This document shows positions 23,247-37,430 of a stretch of DNA of 64,000 nt, in pieces. Each line of letters starts with the position of its first letter. Within the stretch, counting starts at the first letter, position 1. Position numbers and translations under genes: made by a program. The notes below the pieces were generated by a model. The model searched no databases and was not told the DNA's origin. It saw only the letters and a list, made by a program, of their open reading frames with translations. Source of the DNA: Psilocybe cubensis (Eukaryota); assembly GCA_017499595.2 (NCBI GenBank), contig CM039003.1, positions 2,976,001 through 3,040,000 on the forward strand, given 5' to 3'.

Positions 23247-24277
23247 TTAATTTCCACGGTTGGCCTTGTCCAACACTGAAAAAAGAAAAGGGTACTCGTT
23301 AGCGCGCGATCATGGAGAATGACGGAATCGGAAGGATGGGAAAATGCGAGACACACAAGCAAAGATCGATGAAGAGAAGAATGCGATTGATTGCGATGAA
23401 GATGCATAAGGGAAGAAAACAAAGAAAACGGATAAATGCTAAAAAGTAAACAGGACTCACCACTCTCGAACGCGACCTCGCCAAAGTCAGTGCCTTGGAT
23501 CTCGACCGCGATTCCGTTCAGCGAGCGCTTGAGGGCGTCGCGGGAGGACGCGAACACCATCTTCTGCTTGACCTTCGCGTCATCGGGGGACCTGATCGTC
23601 GCGATCAGTATCACTCGTAATCGTAACCTCAACCACCCTGAACGGCGTGATAGACAGATAGATGCGCGGGCGATGGATGGACACGGGCCATCGTGTCTAG
23701 AATACGGGCACGGTTCTGACGCTGCGGTTGCGCGGCTAGAATCTGCTGTACTTGGATCTGTACGATTGGAATCGCGATGACTCGATATGACATACGCGCG
23801 CAGTGCCAGCGCAGCCCATGCGCGGTTGCCAACGGGTGGAACAACAAGGCTACAGCAACAACCAACAAAGCCACCCGACCGCCCTCGCACGACGCCTCCA
23901 GCAGCTCGTCCAGGGATGTAGACAGCGAACTCACCAAGAGATGAAGATGATCTTATTCCGCTTTCCAGCGCCCTCCTTTTCGAACTCAAAATCATAGATC
24001 GCCCATCGGCACTCGGTCTCGGGAAGATCAGCGAGGAACACGTCGTAGTCGGAGTCTTCAGAGGTTTTCTCGACGATAATCTCGCTGAGATCCTTGCTGA
24101 GATTGAAGATGATGTACTTGAACTTCTTCTTGAGCTTGAGATCCTGGAAGGTTGAAAGGCATGAATCGTTGACACCGACACCGGAGGCCTAGATGAGATG
24201 ATAGGGGTCAGATTATCAGCAACCACGTCCAGAAAGCTCTCTTATTAGATCGCCGTGGAGAAAAGATGACTTGCCAT
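23247..24277 (-). CDS. COF1: Cofilin/actin-depolymerizing factor
   Basis: [29 protein letters not shown]...[10 protein letters not shown]...[42 protein letters not shown]...|VLDKANRGN*; introns 24189-24274, 23592-23934, 23276-23460. Confidence 0.97.
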
Positions 24278-24596
24278 GGTTAATTCGAAATGTGATGTTG
24301 GAGAAGATGGATGTAGTCGGAAAGAGAGCTGGGAGTTGGGATTATAAGGCAGTGGCTGTGGAATGATTGATTGAGATTGACCTTTCGGGAATACAACACG
24401 CGATTATCTCAGCATCCCTTATCTGTACCTCCGATGGTCACTTCAAATTATATTACCCGCCAGTCATGAAATTACTGAATAGTGAAAGCTTTTCTCATCC
24501 AAAGGTGTTTTGCTTGTTCCATTCTTTTGAACCTTTTCCCTGGGCTGAACTGGGCTGAAACCTTTGCAGATAATTTTGATTTCATTTATAAAGTTG

Positions 24597-26544
24597 TCAT
24601 ACATCGCCGCTACAATGATGGCTGGATTTCTCAACGTCCGTACAAGAATCTACAGCGGGAGGAGAAAATGGTCCAGGAGAGTGCATAAACGTGATGTTAG
24701 AAATACAAATCTCCTGTGACTTATCCTCTTGATATTTCCTTGAATTTAGAGTAGCCAGGAGTGAGTTGGCGTATACTACGTAGGCGTAAAAAAGAGTCAG
24801 AATTTCTTCATAAACTGAGAGGAAGGAACTCCATACGCGATGATAAAATGTGAGAACAAGCGAAAAATAGGAGACTTTGTGGTTGAGCGAAAAGCTTTAT
24901 GAACACGTTAGCTTTGCAAGCCTACCGAAGGTTCTCATGATCAGGAGTACGCACCACCCCAAGCGTGATGAGATCCATGACACTGAGTATAGAAAACATT
25001 GAATATGTTCGATCACCAAGGAATCATAACGGAATTCACCTAGTCAATGCGCCGTTGCTAATGGCGTACTTTATGAGGCGGTTAATTAACTTATCGGTTC
25101 TAAGAGAGGTTTGTAAGATGCCCGACTTTCTGGAACGGAATTGTCAAAATCAATTACTGTTTCAGGCCTGTTCGATTCCGATGAAGGTAGTAGCTGAGTG
25201 TGGCTGAGATCGTGATATCAACAAAGGCTGCCGTGAATAAGAGTATTTTTCCAATTAACTATAAAGCCATGAAGTGAGTGCTTTCTTTGTTTACAAAAAT
25301 TATACACCGCCGTATCAAGTTCTTGACTTACAACGGAAAGGCTTGGAACTGGTGAAAGGGAAGGATCACGGAAGCTATAATGCTCAGTGTGAGACAAAGA
25401 AAGGTTGTCAATAAATCAGAGAGTGAGAAGCTCACAATTCTGCCACAAGAACTGAACAAAAGCACATAAGATGCTGCATCGTAGAAGGACGATTAACATA
25501 CTTACTCCACCCTAGTCCTGCCAATAGTGTAAGTATCATCAGCATCGGAGAGCCATAAGTACAACCCTACCGAAATTACTCAAAGCGAGAACTACCTGCA
25601 GTGTAGAGGACGGATTGAAAGTCAAAATTAGTCAATATTTCGCAATTAACGGGCTACAGACCATAATAGTAGGAATCGCCTTCCTTTTGCTAACTGGACA
25701 GTTGGAGTTTATCAGAGAAAAGTCCTGGCTAAATGAATTACAATGCGAGTGTGGGAAGTTGACATACCGCAATAGATTCGATGTGCATAAGAGAAATGCA
25801 CAATTAAAATTGTGAGATACTGGAACAGCAATCAATATGAGTATCTTTAAGACCACAACGCGAAATATAGCATTGTGACGTACGATAATTCCGAACGACA
25901 GCTGTTTTGAATGCATCCGTGAGGTGAACTTATACGTTATAACCGTTTAAAATGCCTCCTTACATTAATTGACCTGTTTCAAGGGTTATAACTGAGGATC
26001 CACATATTATATACAAAGGAGTACATACCACACAGACGTCTGAAGTGCAAACGGATCTTCATAGTTGACCACAAGATAGTGGTACACAGCATGAATTGAA
26101 AGGGAGGTATAAAGCGTCTCCAGGACTCTAGATCATATAATTTTATTTAAGCGCTCGTCAGAAGCCATCACGATTGCAAAGTTCACTGACAGAAGTGTTA
26201 ACACCTTCAGGTAGTCACGCGCCATTAATCCTTCTGGACATAGCAAATGAATAGTATGTGAACCTACCATAAGTCGAACACAGAATCTGTCTGAATAATT
26301 CATAAAGTAGTAATAGACCTATATACCGCATTTCATTGAACGTAATCCAACACTTTCGGTCCGGCGGCGCATACCTGCAGATAGACTCCGCCTAATAAAC
26401 TGAAGTACTGCAATATTAGCCAAATTCTTTAGCTACTGTGGATAAGTAGAAGTTGAATCACATTGCTGAAATATAAGTCCCAATCATAAACGCGCCAAAA
26501 GACTCCCTAATGTCGAGTTTGGGGAGAAATATAGAGGAAGACAT
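24597..26544 (-). CDS. DUF6534-like multi-pass membrane protein, tandem copy A
   Basis: MSSSIFLPKLDIRESFGAFMIGTYISAILLGGVYLQ|VYYYFMNYSD; later INRLIKYAISNGALT and YANSLLATLNSR; many short exons. Confidence 0.8.
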
Positions 26545-27609
26545 ATCAAAGGCCACCAGTGGCAGAGGAAACTGAAGGGAATCGATCAAAAACAATGAAT
26601 GGTATTACCAGGCCTTTATACCATACATAGTGAGATAGCTATTCACACCGTACTCCCAACAGTTCCCTGGTAAATTTCAAGATACAGCAAGAATACGCCG
26701 AGTGTGATTGATCATCATAGATCCAGTAACAAGAGTATCAGGCATTTCACGCACTATCTTTTTCTAACAGCTTTGTTTCAAATCAGGCCTCATAAATACT
26801 GATGCATCAGACTTTCTGGTGAAAAGAGGTCATTAGTGATGAAAATTGTCTATTAGCATATTCCATCAGATTCGTATACCTTCTTGACCAACCTTTAATG
26901 AGCAAGGACTTTCCCACATTATTCTTGAACTTTTCGCTATAGTACAAAGATCCCCAGAACACTGGATATGATCATGAATGACCTCGGTCAGCTCATAAGA
27001 ATTATTTAAGCAAGAATGACGAGGTAGTACACTACGTGTACGTTATACTTCACATCGACTACAACAATGTCACCCGCAGGCTGCATGATGCTACACATAG
27101 AATATTTTTACCACTGCGAAATTAGGACGATCATGCGCCAGCAACAGTGGGCGAGTACCCACGGCAGCTGGGGCAATTTCCTCTGTAGATACCTAGGGGT
27201 AAAAAATGAAAATTGGGGGATGACTGGAGGCCGTCAAGCCCGTGGCACTCGACTCTTTCTCGACCAAAATGCTTCATAATGAGAAACTATAAGTATTTGA
27301 TATTTTTATAGCAACACAGAATCAACGGCATCAGGAATCAAGGTCAGTACATGATTTCATCATGCAGTAGACAGATGCGCATTTCTGTATATATTTACGT
27401 GATGTAACCTATATCACTGATCAGTCCAGAGGTTTTGTACTATCAATTATTCAAGGGCAGATAATACATCATAATCAATTGTCTTTATAGTCCGTAGCTA
27501 TAATCCATTTCTATTCAGGTTACAGGGCAAAAAAAAGTCCAAAATGCTGTTTTGAATGTCCGAGTCTTTCCGACCCTAATGAGGAAGGGTGGGGCGCAAT
27601 AAATGTCTG

Positions 27610-29527
27610 TCATACATCACATCCATCCATTGTTTTTGCTTCGTCGGGGATTGAGGGCACTGTAGGAGGAGAATGCAGTCGAGAAGAGTGTATAAATACG
27701 ATTTTTGAAATAGAATTTTGCTTTGAATTGTGTTCGGGACGTTTTCTTGAAGTCAAAGTGGCTAAAAGTGAATTGGCGTACACTGAATAATAAGAATTAG
27801 AACTATGTCACAGAGAAAAAAAAGAAACCTCATACGTGATGATATTATTTGCGATGAAGCAACAAACAGAAGACTATGTGGACGTCCCAGAAGCTTGGAA
27901 AACTAGGGTTAATGTCTGCAGGAAGATGGCCATATTGAAAGGCCCACCAGCCCGAGCGAGACCAAACCCATTACACTGAATATTTAAAACACAATGAGCG
28001 AGGCGCTTCAATCTACCGTGAGCAAAACATACCTCGTCAACGCGCCATTGCTGATAGTGTACTTTATAAGGCGGTTTATTAACCTGTCGGCTCTGATCAA
28101 CCATCAACGTGAGATGTCCGGATCTCTGAACAAGCTTGTAAATATCTACCTCTCAAATCCTGTCTTATTTTTATGCAGGTGATAGCTGAGTGTGACTGAG
28201 ATCATGATGTCGACCACGACCGCTGTGGATGAAAGCACTTTCCCAATAAGCTAATAAAAAGTTATAACAATGTAAACCCATAGAATTAAATGATACTACT
28301 TCATAATATTAAGTATTTATGACTCACAATCGAAAGTAATGAAGGTGGCGAAAGTGAAGGAGAACGGAAGCTGAAAGACGCTATGTGAGATACCGAAGTG
28401 CTTGAACAGTGAATCAACAAGTTTGAGGCTCACAGCTCTGCCACAAGCACTGAAAAAATGGTATATCAGTTATCATTTCCATCATCGAATATGTTATCCT
28501 CTTACTCCAACCTAGCCCTTCAAATATCATAAGAATTATTTGAGGTAGTTAATATAAATAAACCATAGAGTCACCAAGCAGTCCTACCGAAGTTTGAAAA
28601 AGCAAGGAATATCTAGAGAAAATGTCGGGTAGGTCCGGTCAGAAGTAAATGGGTTGGTGGAGAAGAGTGAACACACAATGACAGTCGTTATGCCTTTTCT
28701 TCTTGTTACTGAACAATTCCAGTACGTCAGTGCGAAGTTCGAAGATTCCAAAAATCCCGAGTCATCGAATATTAAACGTACAACGAAAGATCCGATACGC
28801 GTAAGAGAGATGCACAATACAGATTGTGAGACTCTGTAGTGAGAGTGGGTGAGAAAACCTTGCTGTTATCATGGGGAATCCGGTTGGATACATACAATGA
28901 TCCCGAACGATAACTATCAAATACATTCATGATCTGCGTTGCTACAAAAAAGAGAGCGTCTCTTACAATAATTGACCTATTTTCAGGCTCGGTAAATTGA
29001 AGGGGCTCAGCGTTAGGTGGAATTGGACATACCAGACTGCGTTTAGGAGAGATATCGGATCGAAATAGTTACGTATGAGATAGTGGTACACGCCATGAAT
29101 GCAAAGGAATTTGTGGAATGTCTCCAAGACTCTATGCATAATTGTATTTAAGCGCCGAATCTGCTTTGGAAAGACTGTAAGAGCCACTGACAGAAGCGTT
29201 AACACCTTGGAAGTGGATCGTTGATATAAATATAATAATTGAACTGATATTAAGTGAGCCTACGGTTGTTTGAACCAGGATTCCATCTGAATATGTCATA
29301 AAATAGTAATAAACCTATGCCCCCACATCAGAAAAGAATGCGCCCTTTTTTGCCACGATATTACGTACCTGCAAATACATGCAGCCCAGTAGTCTATTCG
29401 GCATTGCCATTATTCAGGCGTTCTGGAACCAGCGAATACGAAGACATATGACTAACATTGACGAAATATATGTTCCAATCATCAACGCGCCAAAAGAGTC
29501 GCCCAGATCAATTTTGATGAGCGACAT
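27610..29527 (-). CDS. DUF6534-like multi-pass membrane protein, tandem copy B
   Basis: MSLIKIDLGDSFGALMIGTYISS; VYYYFMTYSD; LETFHKFLCIHGVYHYLIRNYFDP; INRLIKYTISNGALT; YANSLLATLTSR; same exon layout as copy A. Confidence 0.8.
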
Positions 29528-30516
29528 AATAAAAACCAAATGGAAAAGCCACCAGTGGCAAGGGAAAAACAAATATTAAGTAGAACGCCCAAATGGAGGA
29601 CAGTGGAATCAGGCTTTTATACCCTGAGTATAACATTTTTTTTCTAAATTGGCAAAGAAATACGTCGAACCATTCGCAATTCAAGCACTGCCATGTTTCC
29701 AAGTGGGTATATTTGGAGGTTTTGGAACTAGGAAGAATGAGGCCTCACGAAATATTGATACGTTTGAGTTTCCTGTCCAACTAACATATTTATAGCCTTC
29801 AGTTCCGGGATACTGTATCGGTATATTAAAGACATCAAGGTTCAAATAGACCTCAAGACGTGCAGGCAAGACAGTGGAACCTGCCTATCATAACACGGCT
29901 AGTTGAAACTCGCTCTTTCGCGCATTTCCAGTTCACTGTTTTCATTTAGGCGCCGTTCAAAAATACCATGTTACTTTGATTGTTGTTGGCTACTTTGATC
30001 GGTCTGGCACGGTGACATACCCCAGAAGATTGCAAAGGCAGAGGCTCTGACTTTTAAATAAACTGTCATACCAACTGACAGGAGAGTAGGTCAACGAACA
30101 ATGCCACGAAAGGACTCCCAACTTTCGCCATAGCGGCACATATAGTATTCTAAATTTAAAATCCGCGATAAGATCGAATTCATGACTGTCTTTAAATTTC
30201 CATGGAGTGCAACGGAGAGTAAGCCGCTATCTTGTCCAACTAATGCACCCCAAAATGTCACGGAGATCCTGGCTTCTCAATATACTCCATCTTTTCAACC
30301 TGCCGCGATGAGAACATAAACCATTCCACCAAACGACCATTGCTTCCTTCCACCTATTGGTTCCCATCCTAGTCTAAGAACGATAACGATAACGTTGACG
30401 GTGTGACGACGACGACGACGAAGGTGATGATACAAAAGAAAAACGAAGGGGAATAAATAAACAAAGCCATATACTCAACATACTCTGTCCCAGTGTGGCC
30501 GTTGGCCAATGCTATG

Positions 30517-33500
30517 CTATGTCGTGCTCCCAAACACCTCGTCGATGAATCGATCATAGTCATATTCTGCTTCACCGCCAGCACCACCACTACTACTGCC
30601 GTTGTTGTTGCTCTCCGGACCAGGAGCCTTGGGCATTGCCTCGCGTAGATACTCGATTGATGCTGCAGGTAGGTGGGCAAGACGCAGGTCGAGCTCTGTG
30701 ACGAATGGCTATTGGAGGTGAAAATTAATCATACTGTTGACACAAATACGGGGAGTGGAAATCGATTCTAACCTTGTCTTTTGCAATACCTCTGAACGCC
30801 TCACGCAGCTGGTCTGGCGACGTCTGATCCTCCGTAATCTCCACCTACAAAACAAAGGAAATCTGAGTCAGAAACCCAGCTTCCTCTTGCATTTTTCTTC
30901 CGCCCAAAAACCAAAAAAAAGACGTAGCATGATAGTAAAAAAGGACTCACTAAGAGATTAATAAATGCCTCAAACGTGACGTTTCCATACTCGCTCACGA
31001 GTTGCTCGTATATCAGATCCATGTCCTCCTCCGAGTACACAATTCCCAAACTCGCAAGCGCCGCAATCATCTCAGCCAGGTTGAGCGTATTCGTCTCATC
31101 CTTGTCAAAGTACCGGAACGTGCTCTCGAATTCTTCCAACTGCGCTGGGGTCAAGTTCGTCATATTCCGCGAAACGATCTGATCGAATCGTGTTATTTTA
31201 GTCATACATCGAAACAGCAAACCAATCAGAACGAAATCGAGAAGAAAAAAAAAAACATACCTGATTATCAATAAACCCAATCTTCTTCGCAACCCCATGC
31301 ACAACAAGCTCCAACTCAAATTCCAGATCCTGGCACGTAAACACTGTGTAATCATTTTCTTCCACATTCGCAGCCTCGCATGCCGCCTCGGCCTCTGCAA
31401 GCTCCTTGAGCGATGCCGATAGCTGCGGTAGGCGGTGTGTCTGGATATGTTGTACCTGCGCCTGCTGGGACTCGAGCGGGCCGGAGAGCGAGGCAAGGGA
31501 GGAGGAAACGTCTTGCAAGGACCGCTCGAAAGCGTGTGCGAGTGATGCGAAGCGCTTTCGCAGGTCTTCCTTGATTCTGGGAGAATGAAGAGGGTATTAG
31601 TTTGATCAATTGGCGAACTAAAAAAGGCCGAGAGATGATGAAAGAAAAAGACGGGGAAAAGGGATGACCAAACTCGATTCTGGACTGACACCTCAAAGTA
31701 CCATCCCAAAATCCAACAATAAAAATGTCTAATGAGAAGCACCAAAAAAACCAAACTCACTCTCTTATCTTCGCATTCACCCCTCTCCACCTCTCACCCT
31801 CCACCCGTCCAAGCTTTTCCCACGCCTCATCCACATCCGCCAGAGTGAGTCCCGCGGGGGGCACATACTCCCTTAGGCCATACGTCTTCAACTTTGTTTG
31901 CACATTCCCAAACAGGGTCGCCAGATCCTGGCGCTCAGCGACCCATGTGCGCTTCGTTGTGGACTTGTACTGAGTGAAGGAGGCGGAGAGGGCTTTTGCT
32001 GCTGGGTACGAGGTACATGATGAGGTCGGCGTGAGAGCCCATTGGGCTTGGATGTCGGATAGAGAAGACAGGAGCTGTGTTGGTTTTATGGTTTCGGATT
32101 TTGGATTTGTATTTAGAAATATGGTGTCGTTTGATTTTTTGTTGAAGTTGGCAAAGCCAATGGGGCATCGACGGATTTATGTGAATTGAAAGAAAACGCG
32201 ATAAATAAATGAAAAAGAATACGGTCCGATGTAGATGGTTAGGAGTTTGATGAGCAGAAAATATACAAAAAAAACGGAAATACATCCACTCACCAACCGC
32301 ACGCGTCTTTCATAGTCATTTCTAATCAACCAGACAGACTGCATGAGCTCCGCAAACTTCTCCACGCGCCGCGAAACCGTTTCTGCCTGGTCTAGTAGCC
32401 AAAGCCAGAATGAATATCGTAATAAAATCAAAAAAGAGATCAATAAAGAAACAAATAGTGAGAGGTCGAATAAAATCAGATGCAAAACACAACAATAACC
32501 CCACCAACATATGTTTTTAAATAAAAAGATATCAGCAACCCAACACACACAAGGCAAACGGGAGAAGAAATCAAAAAATAAAAAAAAGCAGACGTACCCA
32601 TCGTTGAAAACGCATGGAAGAAACTCGCAATGTACGTCATAACACTCCGTTCATCAGGGTGCGCCGAGTCGCACAAATCTTCCACTTCAAGGAGTTGCTA
32701 TATGCAAGATAAAAAAAACATGAAAGTGAAAGTTGATTAGGCGGAAGAATACCAGCGGGGTCGTGTTAGTTGGTATATCATCGTCAAAAAGAGCGGGTGA
32801 AGGGACGTACAGGGATATTTAGATGTTCCGCAGCTACTTTGAATGCTAGCCGTGTGTTTCCGTGGCGGTCCGTCTGTTGTCGGTCATTCATCGCGTCAGA
32901 TCGTTTCGCGTCGCATCGCATTTAAGATCATATCGCGCATCGCAATCGCATCGGTAGATTCGCCATGACGCCATGGTACAAATCGCGAGAGAGATCGAAG
33001 GTGGGATGGATATGAAAAAATGCAGCAAACGAGTTTATTGGCGAGCAAAAGCAAGAGAAAGAGGAAGAGGGGAGAAAGGAAAGACCTGTATTCGTCTGAC
33101 GTCGAGCGGTGCGATGGTGAGAGAGCGACGTACCTTGTCGAGCGAAGGGTAGTCGAGGAGGTCGGGGCGGTGACAGTGGATGAGCGCGCATCTGATGTCA
33201 ATTGAGATTGCCGATTATAAAATTTAGATTATGAATGAGGCAAGAAGGGGGTGGTAAGGAGAAAAGATGAAGGTAAAACAGATACGTTGGCAAGTCCCTC
33301 GCGTATCCATATTCGTGTCGCGTTTTTTTTTTTTCGTTCTTTTCGACAGGTTGCAAAGAAAATGGAAGGAAAGGAAAAAAGATGCATGGAGATAGGAAAA
33401 GTAGGTAGAGACGTACAAAGCTAATCCATCTGCCCAGCTATGCGAAAAATCCTGCACGTTCACTTCATTGTACGGCTCAGTCTTGCGCTGGCACCAGAGG

Positions 33501-34389
33501 AGAAGACCTTCTTTTGCAGAGAGACCTTCTTCGCTTTATCATCCGTATTCGTATTCGTCATCACAATCGTATTCGTATTCGGAAGAGTATTCGTGGGTCC
33601 GGTGTGTGTGGGAGGTGAGTGAGAGGGCGTTTGAGTGGATGAGTAGGAATATTCATGTTTGAGTAGATATAGAATTAGGAAACATAAAATAGGTAGGCGG
33701 GCGCATTAGTACCAGAATTCAATCGGGCGGGATAAAGGGAACACAGACCTGATATCTGCGATGGTAAACCGCAGAATAAGTGTCCATATCATACCGAGAA
33801 TGAGCTTCAGATTTCCGTCGATAATATCTATATATTATTGCACATATATTTCTTTAGTTGTATTCAATTTCGCGAACGATATAGGCAGAGCGAGACCGCA
33901 CCTTCTGGACCGATGTTCGTGAGCTTGACGTTCCGCTGGCGAATGAACTCGAGGGCTTTGTTGACATTCTCGGCTTTCTGTACGCGCATTCGTGGGTTCT
34001 TGTTATATCGCCCGAGAGAGGTGTCGCCTGGACATATGTGTCAGTGTCGGTTGTTCACAGAGATGCATGCGTCGAGATTATCCACCCATTATTTCCTAGT
34101 ACACATTCAACTTGTAAGAGTGAGTACGATTACACAGAACACTAGGGCGCACCATGAGCTGAATAAGTCGGACACCATCCGATAGATCTTTGACCAGCGA
34201 GCTCATTGTCGGGTATCCATGTGCTTCAAGTTTGGTGTTTAACCTGACAATGTTGAATATTAGATTAGATTGCCTTTGATTTTGTCTTCATTATTAGCAT
34301 AAGAGCTCATACCACTTGCAGAACGTGCGCTCCTGCATATCGCGCGAGCGGGCTTCGGCTTCTGGTGTGATCATCCTGGGCTTAGCCAT
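30517..34389 (-). CDS. ain1: Alpha-actinin-like actin cross-linker (CH1-CH2, spectrin-like rod, EF hands)
   Basis: [93 protein letters not shown]; ends [15 protein letters not shown]. Confidence 0.95.
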
Positions 34390-34903
34390 ACACTGGCGGT
34401 GGACGAAAATGTACTCAGGGGCGTGGACGAAGGGCACAGCGATCTCGCCGTGTCACGACGTCACACCTAACGCGTTCATTCAAACTCCGAAGCGCGTCCT
34501 TAGTCACACTGACAAACGCGCGTTCGCGCGGAATTGAAGCTTTCAAGAACGCCTATGTAAAATGGTACTTATCGTACACTCGTTGCATGCTCTTAATACT
34601 AAATATTCGTTCAGTTCAATTTTATGTGACGAAACCATGGTTCCATCTGCAGCCGCACCAGGTTTCCAACTCCATCTGCGCAATGCGATACGTCTCGCAA
34701 AGTGGCATATCCTAGTAGAAGATCCAACATGGAAAGCAGGCTGATATTTGGCTGATATTGGTCTTAATTAACAATCGAATAGAGATTCGATAAACATGAA
34801 CAAAAAAAGGTTGTAGCATAAAAGATAAAGAAAACAAAGAAAACAGTGAAAAGGGAAGTCTAAATCAAAATCCAGATACACCCGTTCACCCCAATCAACT
34901 CAT

Positions 34904-37430
34904 TCAATCCGTTTTCTTCATCTTCTTTTTGGGCGGTTCCACACCCGCATCACTATCTTTCTTCACCGCCGCTGGCGCCTTTGGTTTAAACTTGGGCTTC
35001 GGTTTATCTTCCCCATCCACATCCACGTCCATAGCATCCCCATTGCTTGGACCGGCCTTTGAGCTCGAGTTCGGTTTCGCAGCAGCTTTAGGCTTGGGCT
35101 TGGGTTTAGGCTTGCCCTCACCATCCACATCCATTGCGTCATCCTCCTTCTTCGCTTTTGGTTTTGGTTTTGGCTTGGGCTTTTCTGCATCGCTTCCGTC
35201 TTTGTCTTTCACAGGTGCCTTTTTCTTGACAACTTTTTTTGGTGGCGACCCACCATCGCCGTCTTCGTTATCCTTGCCCTTGCCCTTGGCTGCTTTAGCC
35301 TTTGGTTTGGGCTTGGGTTTGGTGAGCATCATGTCACCACTGGCATCAGAGGCCGTCTCAGCACCTGAGCCATCCGAAGAGTCGCTGTCCGATGGGGAGC
35401 CCGAATCGGATTCAGACGCCTCAAAGTCCTCTAAACACAGAGTCAACGACAAAATATACCCCAAAAAGAAAAACACGCACCATCATCCTCGCTATCATCA
35501 TCATCCATCCCTCCACTCGTCTTCACCGCGCCGCCACCAGACGCTTTCGCCTTGGCCTTGGCACGCCTCCTCCGCGCCTCCTCCTCACTGCTCAACACAC
35601 TCGCCATATCCTCATCGTCATCATCGTCATCATCATCATCCCCAGCGCCCACGGCCGCCATCAACAGATCCGCATCCGGCACCATCTCATTCTTCACCCG
35701 TACCTTCTTATCCTTCAGGTACGCATCGACAATCTCGTGCTCCTCCTTGTTGATGCTCGTGAACGTGTGTTCCGGCCCTCCGCTCTTCAGCGTGATATGG
35801 ATATCGAACGTGCGACCGGCCTGAGCAGCTGACGCCGAGCCCACGCGCGAGAAGGTGACAGTGTGGATATCCGCAAGTTCAATGAGCAGTGGGGACTTGG
35901 ACACGAAGAAGATGTATCGCTCGAGCATGAAAAGGTCGCCCTGGATAGCTTTTAGATTGGCTTTGAAGCCTGGGTGCCCGTCGCGCGATTGGAAGGATCC
36001 CGAGCCAATAATTTTCTTCCCAGAGAGAGCACGGAAGACGGAGGAAACGACTTCATATGTCGGGTCTTCGTAGTTCTTTTTTAGCTTGTCGTATTTCGCG
36101 AGATCCTCGCTGTAGGCAAATAGTTAGGCGTTGAGTGATTCATGATGGGTTAGGAACGTACTCGCTCATGTTCAGCTCGGCTGTAATCTCTTCTTCCCGC
36201 GTGAATTGCATGACAAGGTACTGGTAAAGCGTCTGTCCTTGTCGAATTGGCGTGCTCAAGCCCAACTACTCAACAATAATCAGTGACCTGTTAAAACAGA
36301 ACAAAAAAAAACCACTACGCACGATAAATAACACCTGCTGATCATCCTTCGGCAACAAAAACAGCCTCGAAATGCTCCCATATAGCACTTTATAATCATA
36401 TGTCTTTCCCCTCAACCGCAAAAAGTCCTTGAACATATCCATATCGTACCTTCCACGCGGCGTCAGGACCAATATCTCGTCAAACGAGAGTATAAGGTCT
36501 CCCGACCCGACGGAAATAGACGCCTTCTCCTTGATCGTGTCATGGAACACCTGCGCAGCGCTAATCTCCTCCTCGTCCTCGTTATCATTCTCCGCATCTG
36601 AGCCGGCGTCCGATGAGGAGCCTTTGAGTTTCGTGATGGTACCAGGGACGAAGAAGCGGATTTCAGTCAGCTCATCACCAGCTTGTTTGAGCAAAGCCGC
36701 GGATTTGGGGTTAGAGGACGAGGCGGAAGGAGTCAGGTTGGAAAATTCAAGAGAAACTTCGGTTTTTCCGGCGATATTGGAGTTGGCAACGTGGCGGAGG
36801 GGAAGCTCGAATGCGGTTCGGTCAGAGACCATAAATGCGAGCTCTTCGCCTGTGGGTGCGCTATGTTAGAGCAGAGTTGAGTTTGGAAAGGAGAGGGCTT
36901 GCCTACCATGGAAGTCGGCGACGCCCCAGTTCCACCCTTTGAAGGACGTCTCGACCGTCTCGAGCGTCACTCCGAAATGGGTTTGCAGCGTCTTTGCAAG
37001 CTTGTCATGGTCCTATACGTTAAAAGCCAATTAAATTCCTTAAATCCCCATATCCTCCTCGTGTTAGAAACAGTCAAGACACACGTACCTCCCTCGCAAA
37101 ACCGTCAAAGTTGTCTCTCTTGTGGTCTTTCATGCCCACGCGCAGGCGGAAGCCGCGAGCGACGCGGAGCCACTGCGCCCACTTAACGTCGGTATTGGGA
37201 ATAGCAGTCACAGCCTCCGTCTCAATACCCTTCCACGCCATCCCACTAGGTGCCATCCGGAATTCTATGCATCGTCAAAAGGTTTTTCACCAACGCAGAT
37301 GCACGGAACGATAAAGCACGCAAATGGAAATGGCACCGTCAACAAGATGAACATGACATAAGAAGAGTAAACACGCACTGCCAGTTTCCGGGGACATTCC
37401 ATGGTAGATCCTATCATACTGGGTCGTCAT
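34904..37430 (-). CDS. POB3: FACT complex subunit POB3/SSRP1
   Basis: KWAQWLRVARGFRLRV; KGWNWG; ANSNIAGKTEVSLEF; LTPRGRYDMDMF...LRLRGKTYDYK; IRQGQTLYQYLVMQF; RTFDI...HTFTSINKEE; acidic then Lys/Pro-rich tail. Confidence 0.96.

Noticed and set aside
23207-24226. 339-aa ORF across cofilin
   Set aside because: Chance read-through of introns; only the middle segment is in the cofilin frame
23247-34389. Cofilin plus alpha-actinin as a functional actin gene cluster
   Set aside because: Separated by unrelated genes; proximity alone is not evidence without synteny or co-expression data
34470-34530. ACGCGT (MCB) boxes upstream of alpha-actinin (also 54479, 6654, 18072) as a cell-cycle regulon
   Set aside because: CGCG motifs occur upstream of unrelated genes here, so they look like generic promoter elements
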